DNA of 64,000 nucleotides from Monocercomonoides exilis PA203 (Eukaryota; Protista; Preaxostyla): the NCBI GenBank assembly GCA_001643675.2, contig LSRY02000031.1:744001-808000 (forward strand). The letters are read 5' to 3'. Positions within the stretch are counted from its first letter, which is position 1, and each line of letters opens with the position of its first letter. A program made the translations under genes and the position numbers. Under the pieces are notes generated by a model that searched no databases, was not told the DNA's origin, and saw only the letters and a list, made by a program, of their open reading frames with translations. This document shows, in pieces, positions 25,861 to 36,664 of the stretch.

Positions 25861-28804
25861 TACTACTGTTGCTGCTGCTTTTCTTATTTATTCCTTCTCC
25901 ATCAGAAGATAAGTCAATGTTTCTTTCAGTCTTCAAAGGCCAAGCAGTTGTTGTATTGAAGCAAAGAGCAAATGGATGGACTTTGTGTTGCAAAGAGAAA
26001 GAGAAGGAAGAGAAGGAAGAGAAAGAAGAGAAGGAGAAGGAGATGGAGAAGGAGAAAGAAAGAATAATAGAAAAAGAAGAAGAATTTAAATCAAAATCTT
26101 CTTCTTCTTCTTCTTCTTCCTCTTCCTCTTCCTCCTCCTCTTCTTCTTCTTCATCAGAAAACAGCAACATCCACCCAGAAATAGAGAAAGGGCTGGTTCC
26201 TTCGTCTTATCTGAGGATGATGGGGACAAAAGAAGAATTGGCAAAAAAGAAGATAATTTCTGCGTCTATGCAAAATCAAGGAGAAGGAGGGAAAATTGCA
26301 CAGGTTGTGAAAACGGAAAAGAATAAAATGAATATGAATAATAATAATGGTGGGTTGGAAAGTTCTTCTTCTTCTTCTTCAACAACTTCTTCTTCTTCTT
26401 CTCTTTCTCCTTCTTCTTCTCCAATTTCTTCTTCTTTAACAACTTCTTCCTCCTCTTCTTTTTCTCCTTCAAGTTCTCCTTCTTCTTCTCTTTCTTCAAC
26501 TTTCTCTTCTTTTTCACAAAAACAACAGCAAAGTCAACAAAACCAACAAAATGTGCTTCTTTCTCAAACAGCAAGAATTTCTTCTTCTTCTTCTTCTTCT
26601 CTTTCTCCTTCTTTTTCTTCTCCTTCTCCTTCTCTTCAACATAATCAAAATTCCCCACAAACTTCTCAAACACAAAATGATCAAAATTCTTCTTCTTCTT
26701 CTTCTTCTTCCACTTTATCAGTTCTTTCATCTCTTAATGAGTTTTTCCCTTCTTCTTCTTCTTCTTCTTCACCAGAAAATGATAATAAAACTTTAAATTC
26801 TATGCCATCTAATTCATCATCATCATCTTCTTCTTCTTCTTCAACAGTTCCTTCTCCATTATCATCAGTTTCAACTGAACAACAGATTTCATCATCATCT
26901 TCTTCTTCTTCCTCTTCTTCCTCTTCTTCCTCTTCTTCCTCTTCTTCTTTTCCATCTTCCTCCTCCTCCTCCTCTTCTTCTTCCTCTTCTTCTTCTTCTC
27001 TTCCTTCTTCTTCCTCTTCTCCCCCACCACCACCTCCCCCTGAAATCTACACTGTCTTAGCTGATTATCCAGGCCTTCCAGGCAATCCTGCTGTTCTTGT
27101 GCTCCAAAAGAAGGAGAAAGTCAAAGTGTTAGAGAAAAGAAGCGATGGCTGGTGGAAAGTGGCAAGATTAACAAAGAAACAGAACGTAATTTCTCCGAGC
27201 TCTCAAGTTTCTCCGAGTTCTTCTATTTCTCCGAGCAGTGCGAATTCTGGGTTAGTTGGAGGGAATGTTAGTGAAGCAGGGAATAAGCCTATGAAAGGAT
27301 TATGTCCGTCAACATATTTGAAGTTGGTGAAAGTGAAAGAGAAGGAGAAGGAGAAGGAGAAAGAGGAGAAAGAGAAAGAGAAAGAGGAGAAAGAGAAAGA
27401 GGAGAAAGAGAAAGAAGAAGAAAACAAGAGAAAAAGGGAAGAAGAAGCAGCAGAAAGAAAGAGAAGAAGAGAAGAAGAGGAAGAAGAGAAAAGAAGAAAA
27501 GAGAAGGAGGAGGAAGAGGAAAGAAAAAGAGAAGAAGAAGAGAAGAAGAAGAAAGAGGAAGAAGAAGAGAGAAAGCGAAAGGAAGAGGAGGAGGAAGAAA
27601 AAAGAAGAAGAGAAGAAGAAGAAGCAGAAGCAGAAGCAGAAAGAAAGAAAAAAGAAGAAGCAGAAGCAGAAGAAGAGAAGAAGAGGAAAGAAGAAGAAGA
27701 AAGGAAAAGAAGAGAAAGAGAAAGAGAAAGAGAAGAAGAAGAAAAGAAGAAAAAGAAAGCAGTAAATTGTATAGAAGAATTTTGGATAGGAAGAAGGCTG
27801 ATGAAAGAAGCTAAAGAAGAATTAAAAAATTTGAGGGAAGAGAAGAAGAAGAAGAAGGAAGAAGAAGAAGAAGAAGAGAAGAAAGAAGAGGAAGAAGAAA
27901 GAAGAAGGAAAGAGAAAGAAGAAGAAGAGGAAAGGAAGAGAAAAGAAGAAGAAGAAGAAGAAGAAGAGGAAAAAGAAAGAATTAAAAGGGAGGAGGAAGA
28001 GAAAGAAAAGGAAGAAAGAGGAAAGAAAGAGGAGGAGGAAGAAGAAAATATGAGGAAGGAAGAAGAAGAAATAAAAAGAAGAAAAGAAGAAGAAGAAGAA
28101 GAAGAAAGGAAGAGAAGAGAAAGAGAAAGAGAAGAAGAAGAAGAAAGAGAAAGAGAAAAGGAAAGAGAAAGAGAAGAAGAAGAGAAGAAGAAGAAGAAGA
28201 AAGCAGTAAATTGCATAGAAGAATTTTGGATTGGAAGAAAAAAAGTTGAAAAAGCAAAAATAATTCTGAAAAATTTGAAGGAAGAGAAAGAGAAAGAGAA
28301 AGAGAAAGAGAAAGAGAAAGAGAAAGAGAAAGAGAAAGAGAAAGAAGAAGAAATGAAACAAGAAAGTAAAGATGAAAAGATTGTGACGGAGAAGAAAGAA
28401 GAGGAAGAGGAAAAAGTAGAAGAAAAGAATTTCAATAAAGAAGAAGAAGAAAAAGAAAAAGAAAAAAAAGAAAAAAGAGAAGAAAAAGAAAAAAAAGAAA
28501 AAGAAGAAGAAGAAAGAAATGAGAAAGAGGAAGAGCAAAAGATGGAGGAAGAAGACGGAAGAGAAAGAGAAAGAATGAAGAAAGAGAAGATTTGTGAAGC
28601 AAATGAAGGATTAAATGAAGAAGAAGGAGAGGGAGAAGAGGAAAAAGAAGGAGAAGGAGAAGAAGAAGAAGAGAAAGAGAAGAAGGAAGAAGTTGCAATA
28701 GAAATTGAAATAGATGAAGAAGAAAATGATGATGAGAAGGAGGAGGAGGAAGAAGAAGAGAAAGAAGAAGAGAAAGAAGAAGAGAAAGAAGAAGAGAAAG
28801 AAGA

Positions 28805-28841
<37 letters not shown>

Positions 28842-29888
28842 ATAAAAGAAACGGAATCTGAAGAAAAAGGTGTTATAATTCCAAAAGTTGATGACAAATT
28901 ATCAGAAATAGCAAAAACAACAGAAGAAATAAAAGAGAAAGAAGAAGAGAAAGAAGAAGAGAAAGAAGAAGAGAAAGAAGAAGAGAAAGAAGAAGAGAAA
29001 GAGGAGAAAGAGAAAGAGAAAGAGAAAGAGAAAGAGAAAGAGAAAGAAGAGGAAGGGGACGAAGGAAAAGAAGAGAATAACAAAGATGACATATGTTCAA
29101 TGAAGGAGCAAGAAATGAATGAGATAAAAGAACAGAACTTGAAGGAAGCACCAACTTTTGTGGTTGAAGAGGAAAACGAAGAGGAAATGAAACTTATTGA
29201 GTGTTCAATTGAAGAAGAAGAAGAAGAAGAAGAAGAAGAAGAAGAAGAAGAAGAAGAAGAAGAAGAAGAAGAAGAAAAAGAGAAAGAAAGAAGAGAAGAA
29301 GGAGAAAAAGAAGGAGAAGGAGAAGGAGAAGAAAAAGAAGAAAAAGAAGAAAAAGAAGAAAAAGAAGAAAAAGAAGAAAAAGAAGAAAAAGAAGAAAAAG
29401 AAGAAAAAGAAGAAACAGGTGTCTTAACATCATTTTCTGCTTCTTCGCTTCCTCTTCCTCTTCCACTTTCTCTTCCTCCTCCTCCTCCTCCTTTGCTTTC
29501 TGAGAGCTTGGAAAAGGAAGGTTCCATTTCATTACAAACATCGTCATCATCATCTTCTTCCTCTTCCTCCTCTTCCTCCTCTTCTTCTTCTTCTCATTCT
29601 CATTCTCTCTCTCTCTTTCATTCTCTCCCTCCACCTCCGCCTCCTCCATCTCCTTCCCTTTTCTCATATTTTTCCCCTTCCTATTCTCCTTCTCCTTCCT
29701 CTTCTTCTTTCTCCCCTTCTCATCCATCTTCCCTTGAATCCTCTAATCAAACAGCTTCTCTTTTGTCTTTGTTGTCCTCACAGCAGAAAGAGATGATTTC
29801 TCTGCTCCGCCAGCAGAATCAGTGTATGCAGCAGACACAGGCACTTCTTGCTCAGCTGATAGAGAAGATGGAAATGAAGAAGCAATGA
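24011..29888 (+). CDS. Protein with four SH3 domains, ER/K single-alpha-helix region and two IQ-like motifs; exons 24011-24073, 24133-24420, 24523-24619, 24695-24830, 25015-25667, 25906-29888
   Basis: SH3-1: LLDY..LTAKKGEKV..GW..KGYLPSSYL. SH3-2: LGDF..LSVKKGDRV..GW..KGFLPISYI. SH3-3: KADY..LSVFKGQAV..GW..KGLVPSSYL. SH3-4: LADY..LVLQKKEKV..GWW..KGLCPSTYL. Also E3-5(K/R)3-4 repeats and AVNCIEEFWIGR twice. Introns keep the frame. Confidence 0.85.
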
Positions 29889-31167
29889 AAAAAAAAAAAA
29901 GAAGAAGGAGGAGGAGGAGGAGGAGGAGAAAAAGAAAAAGAAGGAGAAGGAGAAGGAGAAGAAGGAGGAAGAGTCAGTGGAAATTGTCACAACAGATACA
30001 AAAAGAATTCACAGATACAGTCACAGTTTTATTTGGATGATTCAACGTTGAATGAGAAAAAATGAATTTGTTGTGGTAAAAAAAAAGTGAAAATTTTATA
30101 TTTTCTGGTATTATATTTATAATTATTATCATTATTGCTACTCTGTTTTTTTCTTTTTAATTTCTTATTTCTTATTCTTTTTCCTTTTGTTCATTTAATT
30201 TTTTCACTATTTTTCTTTTTCTTTTATTTTTGATTTTTTTTTCCCCAATCCTCAATATTTCCATTTATACGCCTGATTGAGTGCATTTTTGATACAATCA
30301 GCAAAGTTTAAGATTATTTGCTGAAGTTATTTCTGAATTATTTTAATGGACTGTCACTATGCTGTTTTATTGTTGGAATGATAGTAATTCCACTTTTTTT
30401 TTCTTTTTCTTTTTTTTCTTTTTTATTTTGCTTTATTTAATTGTGAATATTCGCATTGAAGCATGACAATTTTTCACTGTGAATCCGAAATTTCACTTTC
30501 ATTTATTTCGTATTTTTGATAGAATTTATGTTATATACTTTGCTTTTAAGATTTGAAAGCGTTTACTAAATGAGCAAACTGTTTTTTTGAATGGCTGTTA
30601 TGATACCATCATTAAAACGTTGCACTTAATCACTATATGAAATTTTGCATATCGTTAATTTTATAAAACAAGGAAAAAAAAATATTTTTTTTTTTTAATT
30701 CAGTTATCATTTTTTTTTTCCCCCTCAATTGGAACATAAATTTTCTGGCTCCCAAGAACACTTCCGAAAAAAAATAAATTAATAAATAAGTAAATAATTG
30801 AAAACTTTCAAAATTTTATAATACACCATTCCTGAATAAAAAATTTTTATTTATTGGTTTCAATGAATATATGAGTGATTATTTTTGAAAGCATATTTTT
30901 TCTTTCAAAGTTTTCTGTTTAAAAATTTCACTTGAACATAAAAAAAAAAAAAAAAAAGAATACTGAAAAATAAGAACACTAACAAAGGACATCATCATCT
31001 TTGTTTGAGCAATAACATTTGTTTATAAAACATTTGTGTGAAATTCATCATTCGAATACGAAATCATTACCCAGTGACAAAAAATACCTTGGAAAACAAA
31101 CACACCGAAAAAAGTTATGATTTCCAAATAATCACCCATATCTTAAGTATTTTCGTTTATTTTCAAT

Positions 31168-31413
31168 ATCAAAGACTTGCTCAAATTTCCATGAGCTTTT
31201 TGTTTTGAGTGGTTTGAGTTATATCGGCATAGGTCTAAATTGTACCAGTTGCGAATTTGACGTTTTTTAATTATATTTCACTGTAATATTAATAAACGTA
31301 ATTAATTAACTCTATATTATCGAGAAAATCTATGAAATTAAACTTTGAAAAACAATAATAAAAATTAATGATCGGACCCATAAAATATTTATATATTTTT
31401 CCTTTTTTGTTTT
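31168..31413. repeat. Left arm of outer inverted repeat (partner 33469-33660 plus 35743-35796, split by the palindrome)
   Basis: Near-perfect reverse complement, e.g. GGCATAGGTCTAAATTGTACCAGTTGCG versus CGCAACTGGTACAATTTAGACCTATGCC. Weaker similarity continues out to ~30723/35953. Confidence 0.9.
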
Positions 31414-31664
31414 TGGGGTGTAATGGAGAAATTTAGTTGTTATCAGCAAAGATAATGATTGTAAAAAATATAATTCTTTGTATATCTATTATTTATTTAA
31501 ATTTATATGTGTAATATTTTTCGTAATCAAAATCTATTCGAAATATGATTCTTGCTTGATGATATAGAATTTTTGTCTGAAGCGAAACATCCATTGAATT
31601 GAATTCTTTATTTTGGCATTAGAGGAATGGATCAAAAACAAATTTTACAAATTATTCAGTTTCA

Positions 31665-33240
31665 GATGGAATAACAAATGGAGGAGCGATTTACATGCAT
31701 AGCCTGGTTCGGGAACACTTTCGGTGAAATTTTGTTCGTTCAATGATTGCCATGCGTATTGTGATGGTGGAGGAATTTTTTTCTATTCGATAAGTTCAGT
31801 CAAGGCTGAGAATAATTCGTGCAATGGATGTGTTGCCGAAAAAGATGAAGGAGGAGAGATTATGGCTTATCCGGTTCAGGAGTATGTCAGGACCAGTGGT
31901 TGAGAATTTTTAAAATACAAAGCAGATAGAATAGGAGGAGGGCTTTATCTTTCATCTTTTAATGTTTCTGGATCTTCATGTATCGGAGCAGAAAGTGGGA
32001 AAGGGGAGAGTGCTTGCGTGTTTGAATGCTCATTTACTTCTTACTCACTAACAAGAAATTATGGTGGAGGAATGAATTGCTCATTTATTCCAGTTACATT
32101 GAAAATGAGGAGCCTTCGGTTTATTTCATGTTCAGCAATGGGATATGGAGGAGGATTGTTTGTGGAACCGAACAAAGAAATGACTTCATATGATAAAGTT
32201 TATTTTTATTTTTTGTTCTTCCATGAATGCAAATGCAAAACAACTTCTATTCCGTATGGACATGATGTATACTACATGGACTATTTCAGCTCCCATTTAG
32301 ATTCAAATCCATTTTATGAATGCTATTCAACCGATACAGATGATAGAAGAATGTGCTTTGCCTTTTATAATGCAAATGTTAGTTCTTGGATGTTTCAACA
32401 CACAGAAAAAAAGAATTGGCTATATGACAAGACGATCTATGTTTCTGTGAATGGGAATGACCTGAATGAGCTATGCGGGTCAAATGAGTCAAATCCGTGT
32501 CTGACAGTGAAGAAGGCGTTTGAGATGTGTGAGGTGCAGATTAGCTTGTCAGTCACGCTGATGGAAGGGAATCACACAAGCGAGACAGCAACAATTGAGA
32601 TTGGGGAAAAGAAGATTTCGGTCATTGGGAAGGGAAGTGAAACAAGTTCGATCGAAATAGGAGCCCTTTCATCAACTGGAGCGCTGTTCAGCGTGACAAC
32701 AGGTCACCTTGGTTTATAACACATGAAGGTTGATTGCAACTCAAATACAAGTTCTTCGCTGAGTGTGGTTGTGGTTTCTGATGGGAGTGGGTCACTCTCA
32801 TTGGAGGATGTTGTGATCACCACGAGTAAAACAGGAGACTATGTGATGTCGTCGTCAGTGTTTGTGGTGCCAATGTCACAGCTGTCGATGGTTGGTGTGG
32901 AATTCATAAATATGAATGTCTCAAAACCATTGTTCTCTGAGCCGGATCTCTCTTCTTCTTCTTCTTCTTTATCTTCCTCCTCTGCTCTGTTTTTGACAGC
33001 CACTTCATCTGGAGAGAGCATGCTGGCGAACTTGTCTGTGAATAATGTGAGGCTGACTGAAGGAGATGGGGTGGTTGTGGCAAAGAGTGTGGCAGAAGGA
33101 GAGACATTTGTTGTTCAGAATGTGACTATTGACGATTGAAGGTGTGAGAGTGGCAGTGGTGGAGGGATCAAGGTTGAGTTGGAAACAGATTCAAGAAAAT
33201 TTTGCACTGGAACATCCACATCGCAAGACGGAGAACAATG
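31665..33240 (+). pseudogene. Internal fragment of beta-helix surface-protein family gene
   Basis: ORFs 32018-32719 and 32723-33139 are in the same frame, separated by TAA (GL*HMKVDC). GGG/CxF repeats and a GND..CG..PCLTV cap motif are present. No signal peptide or transmembrane segment; frameshifted at both ends. Confidence 0.85.
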
Positions 33241-34112
33241 AAGGTTTGCAGATGAATTTTTCTCAATTAAATTGTAATGTTTTTCAAACGGTTTTTATTA
33301 AAAATTTTTTATTCTATGCATTCTTTTCAAAATGCGCAGAATGTTTATATAAAAAAAAGAAAACAAAACATAAACCAGTCCATTCTTTTTGATTAGAAGT
33401 CATGCAAAAACAGAAAAACAAGACAATTGCAAAATTTTATATTCAAAATATAGAGCGAATAAGTTCATAAAACAAAAAAGGAAAAATATATAAATATTTT
33501 ATGGGTCCGATCATTAATTTTTATTATTGTTTTTCAAAGTTTAATTTCATAGATTTTCTCGATAATATAGAGTTAATTAATTACGTTTATTAATATTACA
33601 GTGAAATATAATTAAAAAACGTCAAATTCGCAACTGGTACAATTTAGACCTATGCCGTTATATCATTGTTTATAAACTTCACTTCTTTATGTTTTTGGTT
33701 ATTTTTCATTGTTTGGCACTTCATTATTTTATTATTTTTTCCATTTCACGATATTTTGATAATTAAATGAATTCATTTGAAGACGAGAGATTTATTTTAT
33801 TTTTCAAATATCAGTCGAAAATAATCATCAACAAAAGGCATTCAAAATAGACACGTGTATAAATAATACTTTATCGTGACTATTTTCTTTTTTCAAAATA
33901 ACACAAATTTATATATTTTTGTCATTATTCCATGAATAAAAAGAGTTTCAAATGAAAAAAATTAATCAATGAAAAAATATTCGTTTTCACAACCGTCAAT
34001 TATTTTTTTGATTGAAGCATTATCAAGAACTGATGGCATACACCATCAATTATTCAAAATTGGTAAACTTATAATTCAAAACTTATCATTTGAGGGTTTT
34101 TGAACAAAAAAT

Positions 34113-34379
34113 GGGACAAAATATTTGACTTCGAGCATTTTCATTGAAAAATTATGCACCTTTGATAAACTTTTTGTGTTAAAAAAATTCGAAATAAATG
34201 TGTTCATTTTTTGACATTCATGGAATTTCACAAAACTTTTTGCAATAACATCGTGATGTTTGTTTTCAGATATGAAAATCCAATTTATATTGAAATCTGG
34301 TAAAGTTTTAAAATGTTATAAGTGAAACAATTTTTTAATGCTTTGTGCATAAAAAGCTTGAAAGTCCATATTTCCCCCC
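34113..34379 (+). mobile_element. 267-bp MITE, copy 1 (TSD AAAT)
   Basis: Imperfect TIRs GGGACAAAATATTTGACTT and GGGGGGAAATATGGACTT, with AAAT on both sides. Near-identical to 47010-47276. Confidence 0.85.
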
Positions 34380-35023
34380 AAATCTTCTGTGAAAAATTTG
34401 TTTTTGGCTGAATGTCGGAAAATGATGAAAACATAATATTCAGTCAATATATGTGAAAACGATGAAACATTGAACTTCAATTTATGTTATTTATCAAAAA
34501 TCATGAAATTTTTTGATTATTCAGAAAAAAATCATCATCCTTGAAAAGGGATAATATTCAAACGAATTTTTCTCATATTGTTTTATTTGGCATTTATCAG
34601 AAAAAATAAATCATCAGTATTAATTGTCATTCTACATAACAGAATTCAAAAAAAATAAAATAAAATAAAAGAATAGATCAGAAACGAAACAAAAAGAAAA
34701 GAAAAGAAAAGAATAATTCTGAAAGCACATTGATTGATTCTTCCAAATGTGAAAATTGTTTGTATTCAGCAACTTGAAATAGCACAAATAACTTTTATTT
34801 TCTGACAAATACACAAATAAAACAATATGAGAAAAATTCGTTTGAATATTATCCCTTTTCAAGGATGATGATTTTTTTCTGAATAATCAAAAAATTTCAT
34901 GATTTTTGATAAATAACATAAATTGAAGTTCAATGTTTCATCGTTTTCACATATATTGACTGAATATTATGTTTTCATCATTTTCCGACATTCAGCCAAA
35001 AACAAATTTTTCACAGAAGATTT

Positions 35024-35290
35024 GGGGGGAAATATGGACTTTCAAGCTTTTTATGCACAAAGCATTAAAAAATTGTTTCACTTATAACATTTTAAAACTT
35101 TACCAGATTTCAATATAAATTGGATTTTCATATCTGAAAACAAACATCACGATGTTATTGCAAAAAGTTTTGTGAAATTCCATGAATGTCAAAAAATGAA
35201 CACATTTATTTCGAATTTTTTTAACACAAAAAGTTTATCAAAGGTGCATAATTTTTCAATGAAAATGCTCGAAGTCAAATATTTTGTCCC
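35024..35290 (-). mobile_element. 267-bp MITE, copy 2 (mirror image in the other palindrome arm)
   Basis: Exact mirror position of copy 1 with the same flanks. Confidence 0.85.
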
Positions 35291-36514
35291 ATTTTTTGTT
35301 CAAAAACCCTCAAATGATAAGTTTTGAATTATAAGTTTACCAATTTTGAATAATTGATGGTGTATGCCATCAGTTCTTGATAATGCTTCAATCAAAAAAA
35401 TAATTGACGGTTGTGAAAACGAATATTTTTTCATTGATTAATTTTTTTCATTTGAAACTCTTTTTATTCATGGAATAATGACAAAAATATATAAATTTGT
35501 GTTATTTTGAAAAAAGAAAATAGTCACGATAAAGTATTATTTATACACGTGTCTATTTTGAATGCCTTTTGTTGATGATTATTTTCGACTGATATTTGAA
35601 AAATAAAATAAATCTCTCGTCTTCAAATGAATTCATTTAATTATCAAAATATCGTGAAATGGAAAAAATAATAAAATAATGAAGTGCCAAACAATGAAAA
35701 ATAACCAAAAACATAAAGAAGTGAAGTTTATAAACAATGATATAACTCAAACCACTCAAAACAAAAAGCTCATGGAAATTTGAGCAAGTGTTTGATCTTA
35801 AAAATTAAACAAAAAATACCAGATCTTTTCACAATAATTAAAAATTAAAAAAATATTTTCCGGAATAGCACATATTAACATTTTAAAGGTTTCCTGCTTT
35901 TTATTTTTTTTTAAAAATGCTCTTGGGAACCAGAAAATTTATAATTCAATTGAAAAAGGTGTGGTTTATAAATCGCTGATCCCAATTTCCTTTTCCGTTG
36001 TTGCAATTGTTCGTTGCACCAAAATTTGATGGGAGCAACTCACATCACAATCAGAACAATATTCAATTTTGAACTATTTTAATTTAATTTAAGATTAAAT
36101 GCTGTTACCGTTTCGGATCGGTTGGGTGACTAACCCATAACGTGGCGCTCTCATAAATACAAGAGAAGGAAGTGAAAAAACCATTTTCTCTTTCAAATAT
36201 AATCATAAAAATTAGTACAAAAATGAATGTGATCATTACTGAGCCATTTTGCCTTTATCAGATAAAAAATATGAACGATAAAAACAAAAAACAAGCTATT
36301 TATAAAGATTTTTCATTCTGCAAACTGAAAATGTTTGAAAACTTTAAATTATTGCTAAATGTTGAAGATGAGATATTTTCATTTTCATTTTTTTTAATTT
36401 GATAAAAAATTACCCGTAACAAACGAACAAAGTTAAAATTCCAAAAAGTCATATCTTCTATTTTTCAAAACATTTTGATGTGGTTAATGAAAAGAAGTGA
36501 ATCAAAAATCTTTC

Positions 36515-36558
<44 letters not shown>

Positions 36559-36664
36559 AATTTGAATGAATGCATTGTTCACTCTTCCTTTTATCAAACT
36601 CTATTTCTTACAGATAACAGAGATGACTGCCATCCTCCCATTCTGCATTCTCACTGTGTGAAAG

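Larger units (their letters stand above)
33657..35746. mobile_element. Fold-back/palindromic element: 933-bp inverted arms (33657-34589 and 34814-35746) with 224-bp spacer, non-coding
   Basis: The arms are reverse complements at every position spot-checked. Comparison with the uninterrupted site at ~31205-31235 shows it is an insertion. Confidence 0.9.

Noticed and set aside
27203-29527. 774-aa antisense Ser/Phe-rich ORF, and the many poly-K/R/F/L ORFs over microsatellites
   Set aside because: Shadows of GAA/TCT repeats, which lack stop codons in other frames. The SH3 and RRM frames explain the sequence.
32717-32722. TAA/TAG-to-Gln reassignment, known in some oxymonads, as an explanation for in-frame stops
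   Set aside because: PSMA1 and the RRM gene end in TAA. The internal stops fall at positions expected to be Ser or Trp (GL*HMK, IEGL*S) and co-occur with TGA stops and frameshifts, so they are nonsense mutations.
36522-36555. A34 tract as a retroposon tail
   Set aside because: No TSD or recognisable SINE/LINE body, and long A/T runs are common in this window.
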